Shown here piece by piece: positions 17,828 to 30,711 of a DNA stretch of 64,000 bases. The translations under genes and the position numbers were made by a program. The notes beneath the pieces are model-generated. The model made no database searches. It saw only the letters and a list, made by a program, of their open reading frames with translations, and was not told the origin of the DNA. The stretch spans positions 132,987 through 196,986 of the forward strand of contig CAUPJV010000001.1 of NCBI GenBank assembly GCA_963511655.1, written 5' to 3'. This stretch comes from an uncultured Aquabacterium sp. Its GTDB lineage: Bacteria > Pseudomonadota > Gammaproteobacteria > Burkholderiales > Burkholderiaceae_C. The stretch's first letter is position 1, and each line of letters starts with the position of its first letter.

Positions 17828-17831
<4 letters not shown>
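16749..17831 (+). CDS. dusA: tRNA-dihydrouridine(20/20a) synthase DusA
   Basis: [54 protein letters not shown] motifs; start moved to the ATG at 16749. Confidence 0.93.
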
Positions 17832-20259
<2,428 letters not shown>

Positions 20260-20309
20260 TCCAAGCCCACACGCCGCAGGGGCGGGGGGAAAGCTGCGAT
20301 GATCTTTGC

Positions 20310-22931
20310 ATGAGCCAAGCCACCGTTTCCCCCCAGGCCGTGACTGTGTCTGCCTGGCGCTGGGCGCTGATCCAGACCCGCCGAGACCTGCGCGCCGGCA
20401 GCATGCGTTTCCTGCTCCTGTCCGTGGTGCTGGCCGTGGCGGCGCTGACGGCCGTGGCCTTCTTTGCCGACCGCATCGAGCGCGGCCTCAGCCGAGACGC
20501 AGCTCAGTTGCTGGGCGGGGACGCCGTCGTCGTCGGTGACCAGCCCGTGCCGCCCGAGTTCGCCCAGCGAGCCCAGGCCCTGGGCCTGCGCGTGGCGCGC
20601 ACCGCGGTCTTCCCGAGCATGGCCCGGGCGCTCGACGAGCAGGGCGGTGAAGCGCGGCTGGCCGCCATCAAGGCCGTCAGCGATCAACACCCCTTGCGAG
20701 GCCGCCTCACACTGGGTCGGCTGATGCCCGATGGGCAGGTCGAAGCCGGGGAGCTGGCACCGGCGGGTGGCCCCCCGTCTGGCCAGGCCTGGGTCGACCC
20801 GGGCTTGCTGCTCGGGCTGAACCTGAGCGTGGGTGACACCATCTGGCTGGGTGAGGCGCGCTTTCGGATCGCCGCCGTCATCCACAGCGAGCCGGACCGC
20901 GGCGGCGGCTTCATGAACTTCTCCCCGCGGGTGCTGATCCGCGAGTCGGACCTGGCCGCCACGCAGCTGGTGCAGCCCGCCAGCCGCGTGACCTACCGCG
21001 TGATGGTCGCGGGCGCGGCGCGGGGCTCCGATGCAGCCTCCCCGACTGCGACGGCCGCCCCCGTGCCCGCCTCCGAGACCCAGGCCGTCCAGCGCTTCGT
21101 CAACGAAAGCCAGGCGCGCACCGAAGACCTGCGCGGCCTGCGGGTCGAGACCCTGGAGCAAGGCCGCCCCGAGATGCGCGCCACCCTCGACCGCGCTGGC
21201 CTCTTCCTGCGCCTGGTGGCGCTGCTTGCGGCGTTGTTGTCTGCCGTGGCCGTGGCGCTGGTGGCGCGTGATTTCGCCCAGCGCCGCCTGGACGACTGCG
21301 CCCTCATGCGCGTGCTGGGTGTGCCCCAACGCACCATGGCCTGGGCCTACGGCCTGCAATTCCTGATGGTCGGCCTGCTCGCCAGTTTGCTGGGCCTCCT
21401 GCTGGGCTGGGCCTTCCACCTCGTCTTTGTTCACCTGCTGGCCGACCTGGTCAACGTCACCTTGCCAGCGGCTGGGTGGCAGCCCATTTTGCTGGGCGTG
21501 GGCGTGGGCGTGCTGCTCACGCTGGGCTTCGGCCTGCCGCCCGTGCTGCAACTGGCGCGCGTGCCGCCTTTGCGGGTCTTGCGCCGCGACCTCGGCGGGC
21601 TCAGGCCCCTGTCGGTCGGCATGGCGGCGTTCGGTGGCCTGGCCCTGTTCGGGCTGTTGATGGCCGTCGCGCGGGACCTGAAGATGGGCGGCATCGCCCT
21701 GGGTGGTTTCCTGGGTGCGATGCTGACGTTCGCGCTGCTGGGCTGGCTGGCCGTGCTCGCCTTGCGCAGCCTGGCGCAGCGCCTCGCCGGGCGCATGCCG
21801 AGCTGGTGGACTCTGGCCACGCGCCAGCTGACCGCGCAGCCGGGGCACACCATCGTGCAGGTGTGTGCCTTGGGTGTCGGCCTGCTGGCGCTGATGCTGC
21901 TGGTGCTCATCCGCACCGACCTGGTCGCCAGCTGGCGAGCCGCCACGCCACCCGACGCCCCGAACCGCTTCGTCATCAACATCCAGCCCGACCAGGTCCA
22001 GGCCTTTCAGCAGGCCCTGGTGGGCGCGGGTGTCTCCGACTTCGATTGGTATCCGATGGCCCGCGGCCGACTCGTCGCCATCAACGGACAAGCGGTGCGC
22101 CCCAAGGATCACCCGGACGAACGCGCCCAACGCCTGCTCGACCGCGAGTTCAACCTCAGCCACGCCGCCGCCGCGCCCGCGCACAACGAGGTCGTCGCCG
22201 GGCGCTACACCCCCGAGGAGCCCGATGCCTTCAGCGTCGAAGAGGGCCTGGCCCACACGCTCAAGCTCAAGTTGGGTGACCGCCTGCGCTTCGACATGGC
22301 CGGCCACATCGAGGAGCGCCGCATCACCAGCCTGCGCAAGGTGGACTGGTCGTCCATGCGCGTGAATTTCTTCGTCATGGCGCCTTCGGCCGAGGCACCG
22401 GACTGGCCCGCCACCTACATCACGTCGTTTCGCATGCCGCCCGGAGCCAAGCTCGACCGCGAACTGGTGCAGGCCTTTCCGAACGTGACGGTGGTGGACG
22501 TCTCAGCCACCGTGCAGCAGGTTCAGTCGGTGCTCACCCAGGTGATCGCGGCCGTCGAGTTCCTGTTCGTGTTCACGCTGGCCGCCGGCCTGATCGTGCT
22601 GATGGCCGGACTCATGACGTCGCGTGAGCGGCGCGCGCGCGAGTGGGCGGTGCTTCGCTCGTTGGGCGCCACCCGCACGCTGCTGTCGCGGGTGCAGCGC
22701 ATGGAGCTCATCGGCTTGGGCGCGCTGGCCGGGGCCTTGGCGGCGGCCGCGGCGCTCGCCATCGGCTGGGCCTTGGCGGCCAAGGTGTTTGAGTTCGCCT
22801 GGACGGCACCGTGGTGGTGGCCGCTGCTGGGCGCCATCGTGGGCGCCTTGCTGGCGTGGCTGGCAGGCTGGTGGAGCCTGCGGGGCGTGTTGCAGCGCCC
22901 CGTCTCGATCACCCTGCGTCAGGCGGACTGA
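20310..22931 (+). CDS. ybbP: YbbP-family ABC transporter permease (two FtsX-like halves)
   Basis: 873-aa multi-TM protein; LAVAALTAVAFFADR...LLGGD, APNRFVINIQPDQ, LRKVDWSSMRVNFF, RSLGATR motifs. Confidence 0.85.
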   Translation: MSQATVSPQAVTVSAWRWALIQTRRDLRAGSMRFLLLSVVLAVAALTAVAFFADRIERGLSRDAAQLLGGDAVVVGDQPVPPEFAQRAQALGLRVARTAVFPSMARALDEQGGEARLAAIKAVSDQHPLRGRLTLGRLMPDGQVEAGELAPAGGPPSGQAWVDPGLLLGLNLSVGDTIWLGEARFRIAAVIHSEPDRGGGFMNFSPRVLIRESDLAATQLVQPASRVTYRVMVAGAARGSDAASPTATAAPVPASETQAVQRFVNESQARTEDLRGLRVETLEQGRPEMRATLDRAGLFLRLVALLAALLSAVAVALVARDFAQRRLDDCALMRVLGVPQRTMAWAYGLQFLMVGLLASLLGLLLGWAFHLVFVHLLADLVNVTLPAAGWQPILLGVGVGVLLTLGFGLPPVLQLARVPPLRVLRRDLGGLRPLSVGMAAFGGLALFGLLMAVARDLKMGGIALGGFLGAMLTFALLGWLAVLALRSLAQRLAGRMPSWWTLATRQLTAQPGHTIVQVCALGVGLLALMLLVLIRTDLVASWRAATPPDAPNRFVINIQPDQVQAFQQALVGAGVSDFDWYPMARGRLVAINGQAVRPKDHPDERAQRLLDREFNLSHAAAAPAHNEVVAGRYTPEEPDAFSVEEGLAHTLKLKLGDRLRFDMAGHIEERRITSLRKVDWSSMRVNFFVMAPSAEAPDWPATYITSFRMPPGAKLDRELVQAFPNVTVVDVSATVQQVQSVLTQVIAAVEFLFVFTLAAGLIVLMAGLMTSRERRAREWAVLRSLGATRTLLSRVQRMELIGLGALAGALAAAAALAIGWALAAKVFEFAWTAPWWWPLLGAIVGALLAWLAGWWSLRGVLQRPVSITLRQAD

Positions 22932-22958
22932 ACGCCTGCTCAGGGAGTGAGCGAAGGC

Positions 22959-23549
22959 TCAGTTCGTGGTCAGGCTGTTGATGAGGCCCATCTCGGCGCT
23001 GCCCATCAGGGACTCGATGTCCATCAGGATCAGCAGGCGGTCGCTGACGTTGGCGATGCCGGTGATGTAGGTCGTGTCCACGATCGAGGCGCTCATCTCC
23101 GGTGCGGGCTGGATCACCTGCTCGGAGAGTTGCATCACGTCGCTGACCGAGTCCACCACGGCGCCCACCACGCGGCCCTTGACGTTGAGCACGATCACCA
23201 CCGTGAAGCTGTTGATGTCGCTCTGTCCGTCGTCGTTGACGCAGTTGAACTTCACGCGCAGGTCGACGATGGGCACGATCACGCCACGCAGGTTGACCAC
23301 GCCTTTGAGGTAGGCCGGCGAGTTCGCGATCTTGGTCGGCGGCTCGTAGGAGCGGATCTCCTGCACTTTCAGGATGTCGATGCCGTACTCTTCCGAACCC
23401 AGGCGAAACGTGAGGTATTCACGCCCGGCGGGGACGTGGCGAACCTGGCGCGTGGTGGTCTGACGCATGCCGAAGCCGGATGAGGGCGCGGCGCCATCGG
23501 TGCGGGCGGGCGTGGCGGTCTGGGGGGCGACTGCGTGCAGGGTTTCCAT
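22959..23549 (-). CDS. cheW: Chemotaxis coupling protein CheW
   Basis: EYLTFRLGSEEYGIDILKVQEIR, KGVVNLRGVIVPIVDLR, VGAVVDSVSDV; AGAGGA RBS before the ATG at 23549. Confidence 0.93.
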   Translation of the reverse strand: METLHAVAPQTATPARTDGAAPSSGFGMRQTTTRQVRHVPAGREYLTFRLGSEEYGIDILKVQEIRSYEPPTKIANSPAYLKGVVNLRGVIVPIVDLRVKFNCVNDDGQSDINSFTVVIVLNVKGRVVGAVVDSVSDVMQLSEQVIQPAPEMSASIVDTTYITGIANVSDRLLILMDIESLMGSAEMGLINSLTTN

Positions 23550-23667
23550 GTCGGTCCTCTGGAGGTCCTCGTGCGCCAAGCGGGGCGCACTCCGGTGGGT
23601 GGTTGTCTTACGGGTTATCGGACCCCGAGCTGGAAACTGAAGCGCGGTTTGTGCAGGGTGGCTGCGC

Positions 23668-24405
23668 TCAGAAGCGGATGCCGTACCAGCCGATGCCGAT
23701 GCCCCAGCTGCCCGTGTCGGCCCGGCTGCCCATGCGGGATGCGGTCAGGTCCAGGCCCAGCGTGTCGGGGATGAGCCAGTGGCGCAGGCTCAGGCTCTTC
23801 TGGGCTGCGGTCTGCAGGTCGCCCAGCACCTCCACGCCCAGCTGCCAGCGCGGGTGGGGGCGCCACACCAGCGCCGCGCCGTAAGCGGTGTCGGCGCCTT
23901 GCTGGTCGATGCGGTGGATGTGGCCGGCGTTGAGGTGCAGATCCCACTTGTCGTGCAGCGGCACGGACGCCAGCAGCAGGGCGGTCGACTGGCCCGCGCC
24001 CCAGTTGCGCGAGCCGGGCTCCTTCTGGGACGTCACCCCCAGTTTCAGGCCGAACTGCACCGCATCGAGCCGGGCCCAGGCCGGCACCCACTTGAGTGCC
24101 AGGCCCCGGCCTTGCGCCTGCTCGTCCCGCGGTGCCGACCACACCCCCTCGACGCCCAGCTCCACGCCTGGCACCACGCCGCACGCGGGCGCGAGGTGTT
24201 GGTGGTGGGCGTCGCGCTCCTGGTCGCGCCAGGCTTCGACCTGGCAGGTGCCGGGCTCGTTGACCCCGGCGTCGTCGGTGGTCAGCGGCCGGGCGCCGAG
24301 GGCCGCGCCCGGCGCGCTCAAGGCGATGCCCAGCACCAAGGCGAGCAGCGGGCTGACGGGGGAGGGCCGCGCGGGGGCGGGCAGGTGCGTCTGGTTGTGT
24401 GGCAT
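23668..24405 (-). CDS. Hypothetical exported protein, probable outer-membrane beta-barrel
   Basis: Hydrophobic signal-like N-terminus (LLALVLGIALSAPGAALG), amphipathic strands, C-terminal WGIGIGWYGIRF ending in Phe. Confidence 0.6.
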   Translation of the reverse strand: MPHNQTHLPAPARPSPVSPLLALVLGIALSAPGAALGARPLTTDDAGVNEPGTCQVEAWRDQERDAHHQHLAPACGVVPGVELGVEGVWSAPRDEQAQGRGLALKWVPAWARLDAVQFGLKLGVTSQKEPGSRNWGAGQSTALLLASVPLHDKWDLHLNAGHIHRIDQQGADTAYGAALVWRPHPRWQLGVEVLGDLQTAAQKSLSLRHWLIPDTLGLDLTASRMGSRADTGSWGIGIGWYGIRF

Positions 24406-24423
24406 GTCGCGCTCCGGTGTGGC

Positions 24424-25980
24424 TCAGACCTGGAAGGCCGAAACGGTTTGCTTGAGCCGATCGGCCTGCTCGTGCAAGCTCGACGAGGCCGCTGCGGACT
24501 GCTCGACCAGCGCGGCGTTTTGCTGCGTCATCTGATCAAGCGAGCTGACCGATTGGTTGACCTGTCCGATGCCTTCGCTCTGCCCGGACGCGGTCACGCT
24601 GATCTCACCGATGATGTCGCGCACCCGCTGGACGCTGGAGATGATCTCCTCCATCGCGACGCCCGCGTCTTGCACCAGGCGGGTGCCGGATTGGATGGTT
24701 TCACCTGACGCCTGGATCAGCTGCTTGATTTCCTGCGCGGCGCTGGCGCTGCGCTGCGCCAGGCTGCGCACCTCGCCAGCCACGACAGCGAAGCCGCGGC
24801 CCTGCTCACCGGCGCGGGCGGCTTCCACAGCGGCATTGAGCGCCAGGATGTTGGTCTGAAAAGCAATGCCATCGATCACGCCGATGATGTCGTGGATGCG
24901 GTGGCTCGTCTGGCTGATGGCGCCCATGTTGGCCACCACCCCGGAGACGATGCCGTTGCCGCGCTGCGCGGCCTCGGTGGCCTGCTTGGCCATCCCGTTG
25001 GCCATCGAGGCGGCCTCGGAGCTTTGCTGCACCGTCTGCGTGAGCTGGTCCATGTTGCTGGCGGCCTCCTGCAAGCTGGAGGCGGTGCTCTCGGTGCGAC
25101 TCGACAGGTCCATGTTGCCTGTGGCGATCTGCCCCGAGGCCACCGAAATCGCCTCCGCGGAGGTGCGCACCTCGGTGACCAGCGCCATCAGGCCGTCCTG
25201 CATCTGGGCCAGCGCCCGCAGCAGCGTGGCGGCTTCGTCTTCGCCTTGCGCCTCGATGCGGTTGTGCAGTTTGCCCTGCGCAATGGCCAGCGCCACCTCC
25301 CGCGCCTGCTCCAGCGGGTCGCAGATCGAGCGCTGGTTGAGCACCGTCAGCGGGCCCACCACCAGCACGGAGAAAACCAGCGCGGCCACGAACCACGACA
25401 GCGTCTGCCGCACGTTGTCTTCCTGGGCCTGAGTCGACTCACGCGCCTCCGCTTCCATGACCTTGTCGATGGCATCGAGCACCGGATCCAGCTCTCGCAG
25501 CTGGCTCAAGGCGGGCTTGATCAGGGCAGCCGCGTCGTCGGCGCTGATGCTGCCGGACTGAACCGCCTGCAGGGAAGGGGCCATCGCTGCGCGGTGTGCC
25601 TCCACCAGCTTGATCATGTCCCGCGCCAGTGGGTTGTCTTCGTCCTCCTCGCCCTGGAGCATGTCCTTGGCCAGGGCTTCGAGGGTGTCGGTGCCCTGGC
25701 GCCAGCGCACGGAAACGGCCTTGAGCTCCATCGGCTCGGCCGCGTGCAGGGCGATGTGCGTGACATTCAACTGGGTGCCGACGGCGGCTTGCCGCATCAG
25801 CGACAAGGCCCTCATCTCGGAGAAGGCGTGATCCGCGTGGTGCTGGGATTCGCTCTGGTTGTGCTTGAGGCCGTACAGCCCCACGCCCCCCACGAGCACC
25901 AGCAGCGTGAACACCACGCCGATGGCGCCATGCATGCGCAGGCGAATGCTGAATCGCCGCATCAGGTCAGTCGGTTTCAT
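24424..25980 (-). CDS. Methyl-accepting chemotaxis protein (TM-periplasmic sensor-TM-HAMP-signalling domain)
   Basis: [47 protein letters not shown] hairpin tip; [13 protein letters not shown]; GGAG RBS before the ATG at 25980. Confidence 0.95.
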   Translation of the reverse strand: MKPTDLMRRFSIRLRMHGAIGVVFTLLVLVGGVGLYGLKHNQSESQHHADHAFSEMRALSLMRQAAVGTQLNVTHIALHAAEPMELKAVSVRWRQGTDTLEALAKDMLQGEEDEDNPLARDMIKLVEAHRAAMAPSLQAVQSGSISADDAAALIKPALSQLRELDPVLDAIDKVMEAEARESTQAQEDNVRQTLSWFVAALVFSVLVVGPLTVLNQRSICDPLEQAREVALAIAQGKLHNRIEAQGEDEAATLLRALAQMQDGLMALVTEVRTSAEAISVASGQIATGNMDLSSRTESTASSLQEAASNMDQLTQTVQQSSEAASMANGMAKQATEAAQRGNGIVSGVVANMGAISQTSHRIHDIIGVIDGIAFQTNILALNAAVEAARAGEQGRGFAVVAGEVRSLAQRSASAAQEIKQLIQASGETIQSGTRLVQDAGVAMEEIISSVQRVRDIIGEISVTASGQSEGIGQVNQSVSSLDQMTQQNAALVEQSAAASSSLHEQADRLKQTVSAFQV

Positions 25981-26057
25981 GTGATCGCTCCAAGCCAAAG
26001 GCCCATGGACGTCACCCGACAGTCAACCCCCCCTGCCTGCAACGCCTTGTGTTAGCC

Positions 26058-26085
26058 ATTTCGGATGAAACGGAGGCGGAATTGA
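26058..26085 (-). promoter_or_regulatory. Possible sigma-28 (FliA) promoter for the MCP operon
   Basis: Minus strand TCAA-N16-TCCGAAAT versus consensus TAAA-N15-GCCGATAA; imperfect, but upstream of a chemoreceptor. Confidence 0.3.
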
Positions 26086-26181
26086 GGCAAATCGACGACA
26101 GCGATCTGTGAAGAAATCGACCTTCCCAGGTCGATTGGCGCCTGCTTGCGCCAGCGGTGGACGCAAGCAGGCTCGCGAGAC

Positions 26182-27276
26182 TCAGACGTTGAACAGGAAG
26201 TTCAGCACGTCACCGTCCTTGACGACGTATTCCTTGCCTTCGGCGCGCATCTTGCCCGCGTCTTTGGCACCGGCTTCACCCTTGAACTGGACGAAATCGT
26301 CGAATGCGATGGTCTGGGCCCGGATGAAGCCCTTTTCGAAGTCGGTGTGGATCACGCCGGCTGCTTGTGGGGCCGTGTCGCCGACGCGGATGGTCCACGC
26401 GCGCACTTCCTTGACGCCTGCGGTGAAGTAGGTTTGCAGGCCCAGGAGCTTGAAGGCCGCGCGGATCAGGCGGTTGAGGCCCGGCTCGCTTTGGCCCATC
26501 TCGGCCAGGAACATCGTGCGGTCTTCGTCTTCCATCTCCGAGAGCTCGGCTTCGGTCTTGGCGCAGATGGCCACGACTTCACCCTTCTGGGCCGCAGCGT
26601 ACTCGCGCAGGCGCTCCAGCAGCGGGTTGTTGTCGAAGCCGGTCTCAGAGACGTTGCCCACGAACATGGCCGGCTTGGCCGTGATCAGGCACAGCGGCTT
26701 GAGGATGGCCTGCTCTTCCTTGCTGAAGTCGATGGAGCGCACCGGTTTGGCCTCGTCCAGCGCAGCCTGGCACCGCTCCAGCACCTTGACCAGCGCCGCG
26801 GCTTCCTTGTCGTTGCCCGAGCGGGCCGCCTTGTTGTAGCGGTGCAGGCTCTTTTCGACCGTGCCCAGGTCGGCCAGGCACAGCTCGGTCTGGATGACCT
26901 CGATGTCGGCGATCGGGTCAACCCGCCCGGAGACGTGGATCACGTTGTCGTCTTCGAAGCAGCGCACCACGTTGACGATGGCGTCGGTCTCGCGGATGTG
27001 ACTGAGGAACTGGTTGCCCAGACCTTCGCCTTTGGAGGCGCCCGCCACCAGGCCGGCGATGTCCACGAACTCGACGATGGCCGGCAGGATGCGCTCAGGC
27101 TGAACGATTTCGGCCAGGGACTGCAGGCGCGGGTCCGGCACCTCCACCACGCCCACGTTGGGCTCGATGGTGCAGAAGGGGTAGTTCTCGGCCGCGATGC
27201 CGGCCTTGGTCAGGGCGTTGAAGAGGGTGGACTTGCCGACGTTGGGCAGACCCACGATGCCGCACTTGAGGCTCAT
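26182..27276 (-). CDS. ychF: Redox-regulated ATPase YchF
   Basis: [56 protein letters not shown]. Confidence 0.97.
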   Translation of the reverse strand: MSLKCGIVGLPNVGKSTLFNALTKAGIAAENYPFCTIEPNVGVVEVPDPRLQSLAEIVQPERILPAIVEFVDIAGLVAGASKGEGLGNQFLSHIRETDAIVNVVRCFEDDNVIHVSGRVDPIADIEVIQTELCLADLGTVEKSLHRYNKAARSGNDKEAAALVKVLERCQAALDEAKPVRSIDFSKEEQAILKPLCLITAKPAMFVGNVSETGFDNNPLLERLREYAAAQKGEVVAICAKTEAELSEMEDEDRTMFLAEMGQSEPGLNRLIRAAFKLLGLQTYFTAGVKEVRAWTIRVGDTAPQAAGVIHTDFEKGFIRAQTIAFDDFVQFKGEAGAKDAGKMRAEGKEYVVKDGDVLNFLFNV

Positions 27277-27453
27277 GGTGTTCCTGACAGAGGAGGGGGG
27301 TGAAAGTGAAAACGGGTGGCGCCGGGGCATTCAGCTCGACGCGATGGGTGACATTTTACGCGGGCGGGGCCGCCTTGCCCGGCTGGCGCGGGCCCTTGGG
27401 GTAGATTAGCGGGCGCGGCGGGCCTCGTGGGCCTGGCGCGAGGAAGTTTTCAA

Positions 27454-28623
27454 ATGAACCACCCCAGCGGCAAACGATTCGACGTGTGTGTGAGCGGCTC
27501 CGGCGCCGTGGCGATGAGCCTGGCGCTGTCGCTCTCGGCCGAGGGCTTCGACGTGGCCTGGGCGCGCGCCGAGGCCTTCACCGCCCCGAACTCCACCGAC
27601 GTGCGCACCTACGCCCTCAATGCGCGCGCCATCGCGCTGCTGACGCGGCTGAAGATCTGGCCAGCGCTCCAGGCTCACGCCGCGCCGGTCTTCGACATGC
27701 GCATCCGCGGCGACGCGGGCGGTGCCTTGCACTTCTCGGCCTGGCAGCAGCGCGTGACCGAGCTCGCCTGGATCGTCGACGCGGGCGCGCTGGAGCGCCT
27801 GCTCAGCGACGCCTTGCGTTTCGCCCCCCGTGTCGAGGTGGTCGCCCCGCTGCAGGGCGGGCAGGCCCCTGTCAACGCCGCGCTGCTGGCCATCTGCGAG
27901 GGCAAGTTCTCCGACACCCGCCAGAACCTGGGCGTGGCCTTCGAGCGCCATGCCTACGGGCACTGGGGTGTGGCCGCGCGCCTGCGGGCAAGCCGGCCGC
28001 ACCAAGGTGTGGCGCGCCAGTGGTTTCGCTCGCCCGACGTCATGGCGTTGCTGCCCTTCAACCAGCCTGACCCCCAAGCTTCTTACGGCCTGGTCTGGTC
28101 GCTTCCGCAGGAGCGAGCCCAGGTCCTCGCCGGCTTGCCCGCCACCGAATTCGAGCTCGCCTTGCGCGAAGCCATCGAGGCCTGTGAGCCCGGTGCGCTC
28201 GACCACGTGGGTGAACTCAGCCTGAGCTCCCCCGTGTCCTCGTGGCCGCTGGCGCTGGCGCAGGCTTCGCGCTGGAGCGGCCCGGGCTGGGTGCTGCTGG
28301 GCGACGCCGCCCACCAGGTGCACCCGCTGGCCGGGCAGGGCCTCAACCTCGGGCTGGCCGATGTCGACACCCTCGTGGAGGTGCTGAGCGAGTCGCGTCG
28401 CCTGGAGCCCTGGCGCCACGCCGGAGACGAGCGTGTGTTGCAGCGGTACGTGCGTCGCCGGGAATGGCCCACCCGCGCCATGGCCAACCTGACCGATGGC
28501 ATGCTCCACCTGTTCGCCGATTCACGCGGCCCCCTCAAGGAGCTGCGCAACGCCGGCATGAGCGTGGTCGAGCGACTGGGGCCCCTCAAGCACTGGCTGG
28601 TCGGGCGCGCCCTGGACGCCTGA
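27454..28623 (+). CDS. UbiH/UbiI/VisC-family FAD-dependent monooxygenase
   Basis: N-terminal Rossmann-like VCVSGSGAVA, DVRTYALN, VLLGDAAHQVHPLAGQGLNLG. Confidence 0.85.
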   Translation: MNHPSGKRFDVCVSGSGAVAMSLALSLSAEGFDVAWARAEAFTAPNSTDVRTYALNARAIALLTRLKIWPALQAHAAPVFDMRIRGDAGGALHFSAWQQRVTELAWIVDAGALERLLSDALRFAPRVEVVAPLQGGQAPVNAALLAICEGKFSDTRQNLGVAFERHAYGHWGVAARLRASRPHQGVARQWFRSPDVMALLPFNQPDPQASYGLVWSLPQERAQVLAGLPATEFELALREAIEACEPGALDHVGELSLSSPVSSWPLALAQASRWSGPGWVLLGDAAHQVHPLAGQGLNLGLADVDTLVEVLSESRRLEPWRHAGDERVLQRYVRRREWPTRAMANLTDGMLHLFADSRGPLKELRNAGMSVVERLGPLKHWLVGRALDA

Positions 28624-28647
28624 GCCCTCATTCTTCAAGGACCTGAG

Positions 28648-29421
28648 ATGATCAAACACAAACGCAGCCTGATGGCCATGGGCCTGGGGCTGGCGGTCGG
28701 CCTGCCCCTGAGTGGCCTGAGCGGCCTCGCGCTGGCCCAGAACCCCGAGCTTCCCGCGGCCCAGCTCGCGGCGCTCAAGCAGAAGCTTGCCCAGCGGCTG
28801 CCGCAACTGCCGCCCATCGACGGTGCCCGTCAAACCTCCATGCCTGGCGTCATCGAGGTGCGCTCGGGCGGCAACATTTTCTACACCGATGCGAACGGCG
28901 ATCACCTCATCGAAGGCCAGATGATCGACACGCGCAGCCAGCGCAACCTCACGGAAGAGCGCCTGGAGGTGCTCAACCGAGTCGACTTCGCCACCTTGCC
29001 GCTCAACGACGCGGTGCTCTGGAAGCGTGGCAACGGCAAGCGCCGCATGGTGGTCTTCTCCGACCCCAACTGCGGGTATTGCAAGCGCCTGGAGCGCGAC
29101 ATCCAGAAGCTCAACGACGTGAGCGTCTACACGATCATGATCGGCATCCTGGGTGACGACTCGCGCGCCAAGGCCGAGGCCATCTGGTGCGCCAAAGACC
29201 GCACCCAGGCCTGGTTGGGCTGGATGCTCGACGGCGTGCAGCCGCCCAAGGCCCTGGGCCAGTGCGGCTCGCCCCTGCAGCGCAACATGGCGCTGGCGCA
29301 GAAGCTGCGCGTCAACGGCACGCCGGCGATCATTTTTGAGGACGGCACCCGTGCGCCCGGCGCGGTGCCACTGGCCACGCTGGAGCAGCGCCTGGCTCGC
29401 GCCACTGGCAAAGCCGACTGA
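28648..29421 (+). CDS. dsbC: Thiol:disulfide interchange protein DsbC
   Basis: Signal peptide, FSDPNCGYCKRL active site, VNGTPAIIFEDG. Confidence 0.9.
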   Translation: MIKHKRSLMAMGLGLAVGLPLSGLSGLALAQNPELPAAQLAALKQKLAQRLPQLPPIDGARQTSMPGVIEVRSGGNIFYTDANGDHLIEGQMIDTRSQRNLTEERLEVLNRVDFATLPLNDAVLWKRGNGKRRMVVFSDPNCGYCKRLERDIQKLNDVSVYTIMIGILGDDSRAKAEAIWCAKDRTQAWLGWMLDGVQPPKALGQCGSPLQRNMALAQKLRVNGTPAIIFEDGTRAPGAVPLATLEQRLARATGKAD

Positions 29422-29439
29422 GGCTCGGCGACCCGGCGC

Positions 29440-30711
29440 TCAGGGCGTCGGGGCTGGGGGCTCGGGCGGTGCGGGCGGTGCGGGCTGCGCAGATGGTGCA
29501 AGCGGCAGCGCAGCCTTTGCGCTGGACCCGCCGGTGCTGCCGGTCCCGCCCGGGTTCTGCTGCGGAGCCCGGTCCATCCGCATGTCCATCCACACGTCGT
29601 CTTTCATCTTCATGTAGATGCGCACCGGCAGGTACTGCAGGCCCGGTGCGAACCACACGTCGGCGGGCAGCGCGCCGCCATCGACGACCGCCTTGCGAGG
29701 TCGAACGTGCAGCGTCGGGATGCGCCCCATCGGGGTCTCCAGCAGCTCCTCGGCCACGACGTCGAAGATCAACGGCTCCGGCTTGCGCAGCGTCACCACC
29801 GTCATTTCGAAGCTCGCACCCGGGCGCAGGCGCTCGGGCTTGAGCACGAACTGGTAGGCGACCTGGATCATGAAGCTCGCCGGGTCCTGGATGCCCTCCG
29901 GGCGAGGGTACTGTTTGCCGTCTGGCTGAATGACCTGGTCGGCGTCGAGCTTGATCAGCTTCGGCGACGACGTCTTGATGAGCAGCCGGTTGACGTTCTC
30001 GTACAGCCGCGGGTAGAGCCCCTCGGGGAGGATGTCACCTTCGCTGGTCAGGCGCCATGACCCCAGCGGCGCGAAGCTCGGCCCCACGCTGGCTTCGACG
30101 TGGACCTGGTAGCGCTGGTCCTTGCGCACCCACTCCACCGAAGACTGGCCATAGACCGGTCCACGAAAGAAGCCCTCCATCTTGTAGCTCACGCGGGTCG
30201 CTGCAGGCCACTCGAAGGCCGGGCCCTTGGCGTCGCCATTGGTGGCGCTGGAGGCCGCTGCAGAGGGGGCCTGCGCCACGGTGGCGGGCTCAGGCGCCGA
30301 CGGCGGGGACGGTGGTTTGGCTGCCAGCGCGACGTCGGTGGCCCCGGACGCCCCCGGCAGCGCCTCACTGGCCGCTTGCGCCACCGCTGAGGCAGCCTCC
30401 TGGGGGGCCGACGCCGCCTTGGCTGGCTTGACCACCTTGCGACGCTTCACAGGCGCTGCCGCGGCCTGGGTGGGCGGGGCGGCCGGCGGGGCGACCATCG
30501 CCGGGGGCTGCGTCAGCTTGACCTCGCTGACGTAGGTGGCCTCCATGCGCTGGATGGCGCGGGCATCGGGTTGCAGCGCCTGCATGTCATCGAGCACCGT
30601 GCCCGTCAGCCACAGGTGCATGGCGGCCACCAGCGCGGTCAGCGCGACGATGGCGCGCACCGGCTGTGCGCGCCGCGTCGGCGACTCGGGTGGCGCTGCC
30701 TCGGGTCTCAC
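29440..30711 (-). CDS. DUF3108-like exported protein with Pro/Ala-rich N-terminal region
   Basis: GTG start overlapping the M61 gene stop (GTGA); N-terminal TM; C-terminal WFAPGLQYLPVRI motif. Confidence 0.65.
   Translation of the reverse strand: MRPEAAPPESPTRRAQPVRAIVALTALVAAMHLWLTGTVLDDMQALQPDARAIQRMEATYVSEVKLTQPPAMVAPPAAPPTQAAAAPVKRRKVVKPAKAASAPQEAASAVAQAASEALPGASGATDVALAAKPPSPPSAPEPATVAQAPSAAASSATNGDAKGPAFEWPAATRVSYKMEGFFRGPVYGQSSVEWVRKDQRYQVHVEASVGPSFAPLGSWRLTSEGDILPEGLYPRLYENVNRLLIKTSSPKLIKLDADQVIQPDGKQYPRPEGIQDPASFMIQVAYQFVLKPERLRPGASFEMTVVTLRKPEPLIFDVVAEELLETPMGRIPTLHVRPRKAVVDGGALPADVWFAPGLQYLPVRIYMKMKDDVWMDMRMDRAPQQNPGGTGSTGGSSAKAALPLAPSAQPAPPAPPEPPAPTP

Noticed and set aside
22934-22958. 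Hairpin between convergent ybbP and cheW
   Set aside because: The stem is imperfect and there is no U tract on either strand, so it was not called a terminator.
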